Shown: in pieces, positions 25,676 through 37,864 of the stretch | Layout: every line of letters starts with the position of its first letter | Position numbering within the stretch: position 1 is the stretch's first letter | NCBI GenBank assembly: GCA_028534125.1 | Contig: CM052817.1 | Span: 81,408,001-81,472,000, forward strand | Reading direction: 5' to 3' | DNA: 64,000 nucleotides | Source of the DNA: Lama glama | Lineage: Eukaryota | Translations under genes and position numbers: made by a program | The notes under the pieces: model-generated | Told to the model about the DNA's origin: nothing | Seen by the model: the letters and a program-made list of their open reading frames with translations, nothing else | The model's database searches: none

Positions 25676-26624
25676 TTTTATTATTTTAATTTATTTCTAG
25701 AAGACTTTTTGCCAATGCAATTTTATATTTATTGAAATGTATATACACATGTATTTATATTAAATGAGAAAATTCAGGCTTTGAGATAGTATATAGAAGA
25801 CATCATTTAAAATACACATAGCAGTGGGGATATTTACACTTCTGTTTTGTAATTTTTGGAAATAACATCATTTTAATAAGCATACAGTCTTGTGATTGTA
25901 CGAACACACAATACATCTCCACATTTTGAAAAAGAACTATACCCTAGAAATTTTTAGAATAACAAAAGAAATAAGTAAAGGGTTATTGAGTGCTGTCGTG
26001 ATTAGCAAAAGTTTCTTCAAAGAGAAGAGATGGGCACAAGAAGATAAAGCGAGGAGAATACTCTTCTTCAAAAGTACTACATTTTCCCATGACTCATTTA
26101 TCTCTCAAGTAATATAGTTGCAAACTCTTGATCTTGAAATGTAGGAGAAAAAAAAACCCACATCAGAATAAGATGGGTTCCTATTTGGCAAATTGAAAGA
26201 TTACAGCCTTCACTTGGAAGTGCATTCAGGTTTACCTGCAGGGAGGAAGTGTTGAACTGCGAAATAAACAATAGCAATGCAATTAAAACATGCCATCAGC
26301 TCAAAGAAAGGTCAGCTGAGGATGTGTCACACACAGGGCCAAACCCCGGCAGGGCCTTTCGATGAGGAGAAACAGAATAGAAGGTAACTCTTGGTTCTCT
26401 GAGAAAGGTCCAGTCTTACTACACCTTCCTCTGCAGCAGGCGCTAGGCCCCACCTACTGCCTTCTTTCCCCTCACTTCCAGGAACCAAGGGCAAGTCCAC
26501 ATGATCCGTCCTCACCTGGGCTACCCTGATAGCCTCACACCAGCTCTCAAGCCTCTCCCTCTCAGTCCCAACTAAATGCTGTCCTTCCGAGACTCCTAAC
26601 TGTCAAGTGCTCCCCACAACTTTC

Positions 26625-26900
26625 TAAACAGCCTGAAGGCTACAAATGTGCTGCTGGCAGATTACATCCTTAAATGTTTGTGGTTTTGTCTTTGCTCTTA
26701 TTTTGCTTCCCATAGTGGTTAAAAAAAGTTTACTTGGGCCAGCCTTAAGATGTAGACTATTTCACACAAAATCCTAGCTCTTCCACTGGTCCTGAAAAGT
26801 TATATGATGAGCAACACTGAGCTCCCATTCATGGGACACAAAATGTCCTGAAGCTGAAAGCCAGCTGCCCCATATCAGTGCTGGCAGTGTCCCTGGTGAC
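26625..26900. mobile_element. hAT-Charlie MITE (MER102-like), degraded
   Basis: 'gcaacactgagctcccattc...ctgaagctgaaagccagctgcccc' resembles MER102 as I recall it. Confidence 0.5.
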
Positions 26901-26902
26901 TT

Positions 26903-26980
26903 GCCTTCTTTCTCGCCTGCTCCCTCTTGCTCTCTCCCCTTCTCCCTCCCTCCCTCCCTCCCTCTGCTCTGTCTCTCTCA
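26903..26980. repeat. Polypyrimidine tract containing (TCCC)5
   Basis: Read directly; (TCCC)5 lies at 26943-26962. Confidence 0.9.
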
Positions 26981-27017
26981 GTTTGCTTCACTTTTTAATT
27001 TTTATTCTTTTGAACCA

Positions 27018-27370
27018 TTTTTCAATTGAAGTATAGTTAATTTACAATGTTGTGTTAATTTCAGGTGTACAGCAAGTGATTCAGTTACATATATATATAT
27101 ATATATATATTCTTTTTCAGATTTTTTTCCCATTATAGGCTATTACAAGATACTGAATATAGTTCCCTATGCTTTACAGTAAGTCCTTGTGGTTAATCTA
27201 CTTTATACGTATTAGTATGTGTCTGTTAATCCCAAACTCCTAATTTTTCCCTCCCCACCTTTACCCTTTGGTAACCATAGTTTGTTTCTTGTGTCCGAGT
27301 CCATTTCTATTTTGTAAATAAGTTCATTTGTGTCATTTTCTTAGATTCCACATATAAGTGATATCATTTG
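27018..27370 (-). mobile_element. Cetartiodactyl-type LINE-1 3' end, 5'-truncated, with an internal (TA)n
   Basis: 'ttgaagtatagttaatttacaatgttgtgttaatttcaggtgtacagcaagtgattcagtta...ttagattccacatataagtgatatcat'. Confidence 0.9.
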
Positions 27371-27390
27371 GTGATATCAAATGGTGATAG

Positions 27391-27625
27391 GTTTTTCTAG
27401 AGCAGTTTTAGGTTCACAGCAAATCTGAGAAGAAGGTGGAGAGATTTCACACATACCCTCCTTTCCCTACCCGTGCAGATCCTCCTCCAGTGTCAACATC
27501 TCCTACCAGAGCACCAGGGAGTCCATCTGGTTCGGGAATTTTCACTATAGGACAACTTTTAATTAAAAATTCATTAAAAAAATTGGATATAGAACTATTC
27601 AGATTTTCTCTTTTTCTTGATTCAA
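27391..27625 (-). mobile_element. Older L1 pieces (L1MC-like 3' end abutting an ORF2 fragment)
   Basis: 'tagagcagttttaggttcacagcaaa' (antisense L1MC-type 3' end), then 'ccatctgg..ttttaattaaaaattca..atatagaactattcagattttct' (antisense ORF2). Confidence 0.7.
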
Positions 27626-27889
27626 CTGTGGTGGAAACATGAGGAAACACAAGAACCCCAGGTCGGTGAGCAGGGCAAAAGCAGATGACTCCCCCCATTG
27701 ATCTGGGAAAAGTCCCGATAGGCTCGCATTCCTATCACCTGCTGTTCTCTCTGTGGGAGGGAGCACTTCACTCTCTCCTTTTTGGACTTTTCCCTTTAGG
27801 CTAAAATCTGCCAGTGAAACTGATTTCTATCTTTCCTTCCTGGAACTTGGTTTCACTCCCATCAAAATACTGCCTTTTTAGCTCCCCTG

Positions 27890-28440
27890 CACTGCTGGAG
27901 GAGATCACGTAGGATGACCCAGCTCTTTAGGAAAACATTTTGGCGTGAAGGGTCACAATGCTTAAAAATATCCATAGCTTTTTATCTTATAATCTTACTT
28001 CCAGGAATCTATCTTAAGGAAGTAATTCTAAATGTCATTAAAGAGTCAGTCATATGTTCATCAGTAAGTTGTGTAATTTGTAATTGCCAAAAATTTGGAA
28101 GCAAACTAAATGTCCAGAGTAGGGGAATGGTGGGGTCACAGTATCTTAAGATAATAAAATATTGTGTTAACAAATGGTATTAAAGAGTTTGAAATAAAAG
28201 CTTGGAGACTTTATTTGCAAAATGGTAAGTGGAGAAAGTAAGACATAAAATTGATTGTATGATATGATTTCTTCTCTGTGAACAAAAAATGAACAGAAAA
28301 ATATTTGGAAAAGAAGCATACCAAAATGTTAACAGGGGTATTTCCGGATGCTGGAATTCTCTCTTGCTCATACTCACTTATAATTTTTTTAATCGGTCAG
28401 ATTTTATTATTATCAGAATAAAAATATGATGAAATATAAA
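27890..28440 (+). mobile_element. Ancient LINE-1 3' region (L1ME-like)
   Basis: 'aatcttacttccaggaatctatcttaaggaa' and 'aatttggaagcaaactaaatgtcca'; the ORF-track peptide ILLPGIYLKE echoes L1 ORF2 [10 protein letters not shown]. Confidence 0.7.
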
Positions 28441-29188
28441 AAATATTTTTAAAATTCAAGAGCTTACTCATCTCAGTATTCATGATAGTGTTCCTGAGGA
28501 AGTTGTTTATGACCACGGTTTGTTGAGCTGAGCTAATATGCTTCTCAAGTTTCCTGCCAAAGGTTTCTTAAGATTCATCAGCTTCCTTCTCCTCATGACA
28601 ATGGAGCTAACTAGAGTGTTCCCTGTAGTAACTGAAAACAGCCATCAGCTCTTGAAATTTTAATGAATTTTAACACTTTGCAGCTATTACATGCAGCTCT
28701 TTCAAGCATCAAAGTATCCAATAAATCCAGAATAAACTTTAGAAAAAAATTGTGATGTGAGTGGTTTGTCTTCTTCAACACCCTACCTCTTTCTCAAGAC
28801 CCTCATCCTATTTTCACTGACAACTTCTTTCTCAGTTTATTCTTCTTCCTGTTTACCTACTATTGGCTTCTTTCTGGACTCCACTGGAAGCTGCCCTTCT
28901 CCAAAAATAATCCTTGTATTTTAGCTCTTCTACCCAGTCATTTCCCCAGTTCATTTTCCACTAAAAATGATTTATCTTTTTCAAATCTTCAGTGCATTAA
29001 TTTTTGCTAAATTAGAATAAAAAATACATATATACATATATGTCTAATGAATAAGGTGCTACCTCCTCCACCCAGATAACGTACATATTTACTGAGGCGC
29101 TTGCAATGTAGTAGAGAAAGCAATGGACTTGTAAATTAGTATTTACTTTGTATAATTCTTAGATGAAATAATACATATAAAACCACTA

Positions 29189-29331
29189 CATACCACTCCT
29201 GGGCTTGTATCCAGAAGGAAATCTACTTCAGTATGACACCTGCACCCCAATGTTCATAGCAGCACTATTTACAATAGCCAAAACATGGGAACAGCCTAAA
29301 TGTCCATCAACAGGTGACTGGATAAAGAAGA
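29189..29331 (+). mobile_element. Young (camelid-type) LINE-1 ORF2 C-terminal fragment, cut by an assembly gap
   Basis: It translates as YPEGNLLQYDTCTPMFIAALFTIAKTWEQPKCPSTGDWIKK, the L1 ORF2 C-terminus, with no stops. Confidence 0.95.
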
Positions 29332-29831
29332 NNNNNNNNNNNNNNNNNNNNNNNNNNNNNNNNNNNNNNNNNNNNNNNNNNNNNNNNNNNNNNNNNNNNN
29401 NNNNNNNNNNNNNNNNNNNNNNNNNNNNNNNNNNNNNNNNNNNNNNNNNNNNNNNNNNNNNNNNNNNNNNNNNNNNNNNNNNNNNNNNNNNNNNNNNNNN
29501 NNNNNNNNNNNNNNNNNNNNNNNNNNNNNNNNNNNNNNNNNNNNNNNNNNNNNNNNNNNNNNNNNNNNNNNNNNNNNNNNNNNNNNNNNNNNNNNNNNNN
29601 NNNNNNNNNNNNNNNNNNNNNNNNNNNNNNNNNNNNNNNNNNNNNNNNNNNNNNNNNNNNNNNNNNNNNNNNNNNNNNNNNNNNNNNNNNNNNNNNNNNN
29701 NNNNNNNNNNNNNNNNNNNNNNNNNNNNNNNNNNNNNNNNNNNNNNNNNNNNNNNNNNNNNNNNNNNNNNNNNNNNNNNNNNNNNNNNNNNNNNNNNNNN
29801 NNNNNNNNNNNNNNNNNNNNNNNNNNNNNNN
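29332..29831. other. Assembly gap (500 N)
   Basis: Run of N. Confidence 1.
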
Positions 29832-30018
29832 GCAGCTAATACTTTAGGTTTTGCAGCCTATATGATCTCTATTGCAACTACTCACTTTGCTCACACAGTC
29901 TGGAAGCTGTCGTGGGCAATACTTACCTGAATGAGCGTAGCTGTTTTCCAGTGAGACCTCACTTACAAAAGTAGGGGCAGGTCAGATTCGGTCCACCAGC
30001 AAAAGTTTATCATCCCTA
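29832..30018 (+). mobile_element. hAT-Charlie MITE MER58A-like, with its 5' end lost in the gap
   Basis: 'aatactttaggttttgcagcc..tctctattgcaactactca..ttacaaaagtaggggcaggtcagatt..atccctag'. Confidence 0.8.
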
Positions 30019-30314
30019 GTCTATAAAATAAAGACTATTCCATATAAAATGCTATTAGTGGCCCTTCCAAATTGGCTGTAGTCTGCTTCTTCCTAGACAT
30101 CTTATTAATTCATTTCTCTTTTTGTTTAAGCTGTTCTTTAATTTTTATAAAATATCCTCAGCCTTTTCTCTTTCTGTTCTTTCCGTAAACCAGCTCTCAA
30201 CTACTTAAGCTCTAGACAAGATATCACTTTCTCCATGACCCTCTTTACTCTCTTTTGTTTCTACAACTTTTTTGTGCCTAAACTGCAATACATTTTTTTG
30301 CAACTCTATTCTTT

Positions 30315-30462
30315 TATATTTCTCCTAGTTTTATTGAGGTATAATTGGCAAATAAAATTGTATATGGTTAAAATGTACAACGAGATGATTTGATATACCT
30401 ATCTATTGTGAAATGATTACCAAAATAAGGTTAATTAACACATCCATCACCTTATCTAGTTA

Positions 30463-30493
<31 letters not shown>

Positions 30494-31651
30494 GTGAGAA
30501 AGCTGAAGATTTACTCTCTTAGCAAATTTCAAGTACACGGTACAGTATTATTAACTATAGTCACTGTGCTGTACACTAGAGCCCCAGAAGTTACTCACCT
30601 TATAGTTTGTATCCTTTGACCAGCATCTCCTCAATTCTTCCACTCTGAGGCCCTGGTGACCATCTTTTACTCTTTGTTTCTATGTGTTTGATAATTTTTT
30701 AAAATTCCACATATAAGTGTGATCATAGTGTTTGCCTTCCTCTGAATTATTTACTTAGCAAGATGTTTTCCAGGTTCATCCATGTGTCTCAAATGGCAGG
30801 ATTTTCTTCTTTTTTAAGGCTGAATAATATTCCATCATATATATATATATACACACCACATTTTCCTTATCCATTCATCTGTCAGCAGATACTTGAGTTG
30901 TTTCTGTACTTTGGCTATTATGAATAATGCTACAGAAAACATAGGAGTGCAGATACCTCTTAGAGACAGTGATTTGGTTTCTTTTGGATATATACCCAAA
31001 AGTGGAATTGATGGATCATATGACAGTTCTACGTTTAATTTCTTGAGGAACCTCTGTACCATTTTCTATAGTAACGGGACCGATTTACAATCCCACCAAC
31101 AGTGTACAGGGGCTCCCTTTTCCACATCCTCACCACTTGTTATCATTTGTCTTTTTGAGCATAGCTATCCTAACAGGTGTGAGGTGAGGTCTCACTGTGG
31201 CTTTGCTCTGCATTTGCCTGATGAGTAGTGGTGTTAAAGTTGTGTGCCCAGCCTCCCTCTGCCCCTCAGTCATGCAGATCACCTCAGCATTCTGGATGGA
31301 GCAGGAAAGAAGTGGTCCTCTTGGTCAGCATCCTACACACTGGGGAAGCCAGATGCTCACACACTCTCACTCTCCCCTGCAGGAGAAATGGAGAGCCAGG
31401 GGGTCTTTCTTGGCACTGAGTTGTGTCTCCTTGAGGAGGAGGGTGGGGTAAATTGACACTCTTCCTCCTCCCTCTTTAATGGATCCAACCTCAGATTTTT
31501 TTCTCTCCCTCTAATGATATGCTAGAACTTCTTAGCTGGACTTCTGGACTCCGAAGAGGTATTCTCATCCATGAATAATTGTCAAAATCGGTGTTCTTCG
31601 TGGGGAAGAGAATGGAAAATAGGAATTCCATTGTCTTCCTGATGTCACTCC
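30315..31651 (-). mobile_element. L1MA9-like LINE-1: ~410 bp of 5' UTR fused to ~920 bp of ORF2 end plus 3' UTR
   Basis: ORF 30835-31062 reads [25 protein letters not shown]...EWIRKMW (ORF2 C-terminus). The minus strand at 31651 starts GGAGTGACATCAGGAAGAC, like the L1M 5' start GGAGTGACGTCAGCAAGATGGCGG. (GT)n lies at ~30465-30492. Confidence 0.85.
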
Positions 31652-32384
31652 ACAATTCTTGATTATTTAGGGATAGATAAGCTAGATTTCACGTTGCAGA
31701 GTCAAAAGAATAGATGTTGCATCATCAAAAAATCTCAAACTCAGGAATCAGTAAAAAATTTTTTAAAAGCCTCTATTATTTTTAATTATAATGAGCAAAA
31801 TATGCCATGTTGTAGTTAATATAAAGCATGAAAGCCAGTCTCTCTTGCCCATTAGATATATAGTTTAATAATTAAAAGTTTGATTCAGTGAAAAACATCT
31901 AGTACTTTACATTCAGTAAAATATAGAATAATTACAAAAAGAAAGTATGAGTGAGCAACTTCAATTAGAATACAACAAAAGCATTGCATGATTTATTTTT
32001 TCTTGAAAAAGATAAACAATCAATTTATTTCATCTGTAATTTTGTCCAGTTTTGTAAACAGTCTAAAAAGGTGAAAAAATCATAAATTCTTCTTCATAGG
32101 ATGACTTTAAGAAGGTAATTCTGATTGGTTTGTCAAAAAAACTGGGCACAAGAAATTCCTGTGTCCTAATTCACCTGCTGTGGAAAGAACAAACTCTTCC
32201 CTTCACATTCTTGGCATGTTAGATAACATCGCTAACATACCTTTTGGCAAACTACCTGATGAAAATAACATTGATGAGTGACTTGACTTTTATACGTGTG
32301 AATCAGAGCTGGAAGAAGTTGAGAGTAACCATTGCCAACAAAATTAAATGATTTTGTAAATTCTGATCGTAACATCAAACAATA

Positions 32385-32582
32385 CTACAGTGCTAGGCAC
32401 TCTTCTAAATACTTAACATTTATTAACTCATTTGATCTTCAAATAACCCCATTTGCCAGTTGAGGGAACAGGCATAGAAAGTTCAAATTAGTAGCCCAAG
32501 AACACACAAGTTGCAAAAGGCAACGACAAGACTGAAACAGAGACAGCCTGGCCCCAGGATCTGGGCCGTCAACCACTGTGCT
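32385..32582 (-). mobile_element. MIR
   Basis: 'gtgctaggcactcttctaaatactt..ttaactcatttgatcttca..ccccattt..gcccaagaacacaca..aaccactgtgct'. Confidence 0.75.
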
Positions 32583-33140
32583 TTGTTTTTCAAGAAGGGT
32601 TACCATCAGGAAGGTGACACGTGGGGCTGGGCTGGGCTTGCTCGCTTATGCTGTCTCCATATGGGAGGTGCTTCTAATTAAATATGTCAAGCCAGTTCTA
32701 CACTTGCTGAAATCTTCTCTTTCTGCCCCCATACCCCACTGACAAGTTAATTGAAATTTGTCTCTCTATGATAGTAATTCATAGTATTTAGTAGTTCTGC
32801 CTTTTTTTTCATTGACTATGGAAACTTCCAATTCAGTGGAAGTTCTAGTTCTTTTGGCATTTAAAACTTTTGCGCAGAGCTTGGAATTTAAGTGATGTTC
32901 AATAGAATGCTTGTTGCATAGATGAATCAATGATGAAATGCCATGAATAATATTAAGATGTTTGAGAGGACCCAAGAACTGGAATCAAACTTCCCTGCTC
33001 AAGTTCTGAAGTAATGACAGAAGGACAAAGCAGGCAGCATTCAGAAGGGAAAATTTCAACTCTGATATTTCAAGCTGATGTTGGAAAATATAGTTTATGT
33101 CTGTTAACAGATGCCAGATTAAAGAGCACTTAATTTTTTT

Positions 33141-33655
33141 ATATTTATTATTTATTGCTGTGTAAAAATGATCTCCAGACTTAGCAGCTAGAACAATAGT
33201 AAATGCTTATTCTGTCACATTTTCTACAGATGTGGAATTCAGCAGCAGCTTCACTGCATGGTTCTGGCTCAGGGTATCCTATGAAGTTGCAGTCAAGATG
33301 TTGGTTTAGGTCACAGTTGAAAGCTTTCTTGGGGTTAGAGGATCTGATTCCAAGAGAGCTCAAGCATATTGCTGACAAATTGGTGCTGGTTGTTGGCAGC
33401 AGGACTCAGTTTCTCTGAATTATTTAAATGTTTTCATGACATTGGCAGTCGGCTTCCCCTAAAGGGGGTAACCCAAGACTGAGCAAGAGAGAAGACGCAA
33501 TTTGTTTTATGGCTTAGCAGTCACACCTTGTCACTTCTGCATTATCTTATTAGTTTCATAAGTCAGCTGGTTTCAGTGTGGGAGGGGACTACCCAGTGGC
33601 AAGAATACGAGAAGGCTCAGGTCATTGGGTGGCCTTATTGGGTGCTGGCTACCAA
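33141..33655 (-). mobile_element. MaLR LTR (MLT1F-like)
   Basis: 'ggttctggctcagggtatcctatgaagttgcagtcaagatg' and 'tgtcacttctgcattat' are antisense MLT1F/G hallmarks. Confidence 0.85.
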
Positions 33656-35267
33656 GCCTCCTGTCATGAGCAGCCTTGAACTGGGAGGAGGCTCCCTCCA
33701 TCATCTGTGGAGCTCGCCTCTGGGAGAACACAGCAGAGGAAACACAGCTCCGAGTTTCTACAGAGCTCACCATGGAGAGAGAGAAAGGAGGCGCCGACCT
33801 GTGAGTCCCCGGCAAGTGTCTACCACGATGTTTCGCTACTTCATAACTTGTTTACTTGTTTGATGGCTTCTTCCCCAACTCAATGATAAGCTGTCAGGGT
33901 CAGGAACCCACTTGCCTTGGGCACCACTGAACGTCCAGCACTCAGCATAGCACCTGGTACAACACACTCTGGTTAAACCTTGAAAGAAAAAAGCAATGTG
34001 GTTATGATCTGCGTCTTCACACAGAAATTTCTGAAATTCATCTGTTGATGGAAAGGATTCTTTTCAGTAGCTTCAAGACATACTCTCTGTATATCTGTAT
34101 ACAAACATGAATCTTCCCCATTTAAAATTTTTAAAACAATAGAGTGCAAAATAATGTCAATTGATAACTCATAGAAGTACTTTTGGGGGATTATTTTATA
34201 ATATTATCCTTATTAATGGCCAACTTAAATCTTTTTCATGTGGGAGATGTTCTGAGGTACACACAAAGAAACAGTAGCTGATTAAATTTATCCTTGGTCA
34301 AAGGACAAAAACTCATGTTTTAAAAATCTCAAAATGATTCTCATGAAGCGGAACATGGAAAATTAACCACACTGATTAAGTTAATATCTCAACGAAAATA
34401 AATCCTTTAATTTTCTTGGACTGTTTAGCATCAGAACAAAGAAATATCTTAAGTGACATCTTAAGAGAGAGATTTGTGGCATTGGTTATACACAGTACTG
34501 GTTTAACAAAACACTGTAGTGGCCATTTCTCTCCATTCTATCCTAAAATTTCAATCTAATTGATTTTGAAATTCTGTAGTCAACTCTTATTGAGTCCCAC
34601 CAATAAAATCAAGATTACTTTTCTCAAATTTATCCTAGACAACCTGCATCACCTATGCCGAGGGGAATATCTGTGTCAGATTCTGAGACATCCAGACATA
34701 ATGGTGGAAGTACTGAGCTTAACGGACATGAATTGCATCCTCAGTATTACCACATCTTATGAACTAAACTCATTACTTCAATTTTACTCTTTCTATTGAA
34801 CTAAAATATGAGGATAATAGTCTATTGTTAGAATTAAATAAGGAAGTCAGTATAAAGAAATTTTTAACTGCAAAGAACTTTACAAAGTTGGGCGGTGATT
34901 GTGGTCATCTTTACCAAAACTCTATGAATTATGACACTAGCTTAAAGGATTTATAAATTTGTATGAGGTGTTAGTGGTGGAATTATTATTTCCCACTTTT
35001 AAGGCTTTCTTCCATTATGACACTCCTGGCCTCTTGCCACTTCTTGTTCTCTTTGCTCTAGGCGAATTGGGATCACTAATCAGATTGTTGAGTTTGGAGA
35101 AAGACACTTGGCCCAAGTTTCTTGGTACTATACTGAATGCTGGACATTCAATGGTGTCCAAGGCAAATGCATCTCTGGTCCTTAGAGCTTATAATTGAGT
35201 TGGCGGGAGGCAAAGCCATTAAATAAGTAAGAAAGTTACTAAGTAGTGAAACATTGTAGTAGATACT

Positions 35268-35634
35268 TGCTATGGACTAAATTATGCCCCCTACCCCAAT
35301 ACTTCCATTGAAGCCCTAAGCCCCATGACTATACTGGAGATAGGGCTTTTGAGGAGGTGATCAAGGTTATAAGGTCATAAAGGTGGAGCTCTGATCTGAT
35401 GGAAGTGGTGCCCCTCTAAGAAGAGAAAGAGACATGGGACATCTCTTCTCTGTCATACATGGGAGGACACCGTGAGAAAGCCATCTGTATGCCAGGAATA
35501 GAGGTCTCACCAGAACTAGATCATACCAGCACTGAGTTCAGACTTTCAGGCTCCAAGACTGAGAAAACACATTTCTGTTGTTGAAGCCTCTAGGTTGTGG
35601 CGTTTTGTTATGGCAGCCTGAGCTAACTGAGACA
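35268..35634 (+). mobile_element. MaLR solo LTR (MLT1A-like) inserted into an antisense L2 fragment
   Basis: 'tgctatggact...ttgttatggcagcctgagctaactgagaca'; near-perfect TSD ATACT (35263-35267) / GTACT (35635-35639). Confidence 0.92.
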
Positions 35635-37019
35635 GTACTCTACAAGGAAAGCGTAGATTTATCTGAAAGATCATAAGGGGCCTGCTTTGGATTGGGAGAT
35701 TGGGGAAAGCCTTTTCCAAGGGATGGTAAGGCTGGACTTGGAGAATGAGTAATGAGCAACTGTGGGCATTGCAGGCTGAGGTCACAAGGTTAATAAAGAT
35801 CTTCCCACATTTGGATGGCCTCTGTACCTGTGAATGTGTGTTTCGGCAGAATAACATGTTGTTATCTCTGTTTGGAAAGCTTTTCTAGTTCTTACTGTGA
35901 CATCACTGCATGATTTCTGTTTCAGAGATGTTGTTACACTGAGGAATAATATGGGAGTTCAAATAGGCCCCAAATCAATGCATAAATCTATCAGAAATAT
36001 CCAGAAAATGCATTGTTTCCAACATGTTTTCTAGGCCTCAAAGTGGATGATGTCCCATAAAATTTTCATTTGAGTTAATTGTTCAAATGTGTTTACCTGG
36101 TTAGTGAAGTAGTTTTCCAAAATGACTTTAACCTGACCTTGGAAACCAGTTTACATCTACAAGTCCTTTCATTTTCATTTATACAAGACCTAAAAGAAAG
36201 TCTTAATGTGTAAGCATCTTTAATTCAAATAAATTCTTATGGCTATCTTACTGCTTAAAAAATAAATGAAGCACTGCATCTGATGCTTTCAATACAGGAT
36301 ACTCTTAACAACAACAGAAAACCTTGGTTTACCTTGTTTGCTGCATCTACAGCAGGTTTTGATTTTTCTGTTTTCTGCATATGCATTTTCTGATGCTAGG
36401 TATTGCCTTATTTAGGTGAGCATTTCCAAGCCCTAGGCTGGTAATAGGTGCATGCTGAGAGTTTCATGAAGTTTTATTGGCATGTCCTTTTTAACTTAAA
36501 AAGGGTAAATGATATGCAATTGTCTTTTAAAGTAAAACATAACATATTGATGGTAGAAAGGTGAATTTTAGGTTTCTATATCAAGTAATCGAATGATAAG
36601 CTTTGGTACCATTATTGATAAATGTGGGTCAATTTTCCTTTTGGTGAAATTTAAAGATACACTTTTAATTTATGATATGATATCTTGTTGTTATGTTGTG
36701 ATACTTTTGGTTCAAAGAGACTGGGTGACAAGAAAACAGGCAGGGAAATGAGAAGTATGGCGGTTGGTCCCATTTGTCCTGCAGCACAACAATCCACGGA
36801 GCGCTTCTGGGGGATTGTTGGAATAAGGCTTCCTAATTAGGAAAGTGAAGAAAGCCACAGCCTGTAATCTGGATTTTATGAAATAGTATCTCTCTTATCG
36901 TTCACAGAATAAGCTTTTCCTGTTACATACACAATAATTATAGTCCTGTGTGATTTGCCTGAAAACTATTAAGATCATGTTGTGTTTTGGGACCTTTCAT
37001 TAGAAACGTTTCGGGATCA

Positions 37020-37245
37020 TTGACTGTGTAGCTAGACTGCCAACGTTAGAATCCTGGCTTTGGCTCTGACAAGCTCTGTGGACTTGAACAAGTTACTTAC
37101 CCTCTCTGGACCTCATTTTTTCGCTTGTAAAGTGGAGATAATACTACTGCCTGCTTAACAGTGTTCACTGAAGATCCGAGCGCTTTATTTATGTAACGTA
37201 CTCAGAACAGTAGCCCACATGTTGTTAGTGCTCCGAAAGGTGTTT
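37020..37245 (+). mobile_element. MIR
   Basis: 'gaatcctggct..acttgaacaagttacttaccctctctggacctcatttt..tgtaaagtggagataata' is the MIR core. Confidence 0.85.
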
Positions 37246-37864
37246 GTTCAATACATAATAATGGACATTCATATTAAAATACAAATGTGTTACTATAAAT
37301 TACAGGCAAAGGATTGAAAATCTTTATTAAGTGCTCCAAATCATTGAGTGGAGTTCATGGGAGAATAGTTCAAATCCAAAGCTTCTGATTTTTAAGTCTG
37401 TCTGCCATATGTGTCCCTGGTTTCTTTCTAATTAAGCTTCATAGATTTAGAAATTCTCTGCTACAGAGGGCTGGAATATAAGAAAAGTTAAATATAGCTC
37501 TGTAAAGGATAAAATCAAACGTCTTTAAGGAAAGCTGACCTATATGTGTAACATAAGGGCAACCCCCAAGGATGTGACCGGCTGCCTCACTGTGAGCCAT
37601 TGTGAGCCACGTAGAAATGCATGTGACCTCTTCTCTGAGAAGGAACAAAAAGCTGCAGGGGAAACAAAAAGTCCGGCTCAGCATAAAGACATAAAATTAG
37701 CCATGTCATTGAAATAAAGTGATCAACTCCTTGCCACTTAAAATTCCTTTAGGAATGAACAAGATGTAAATCGGTGACAAGTAGATGAAATTATTTTTTA
37801 CAAACTACTTCAAAGAATACTTTTTGAATATGTGAATTAAGGAAGACTTTGAAAAGGTCAGAAC

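Noticed and set aside
29205..29930. 241-aa ORF
   Set aside because: Artefact of translating through 500 N; the left part is L1 ORF2 and the right part is MER58A.
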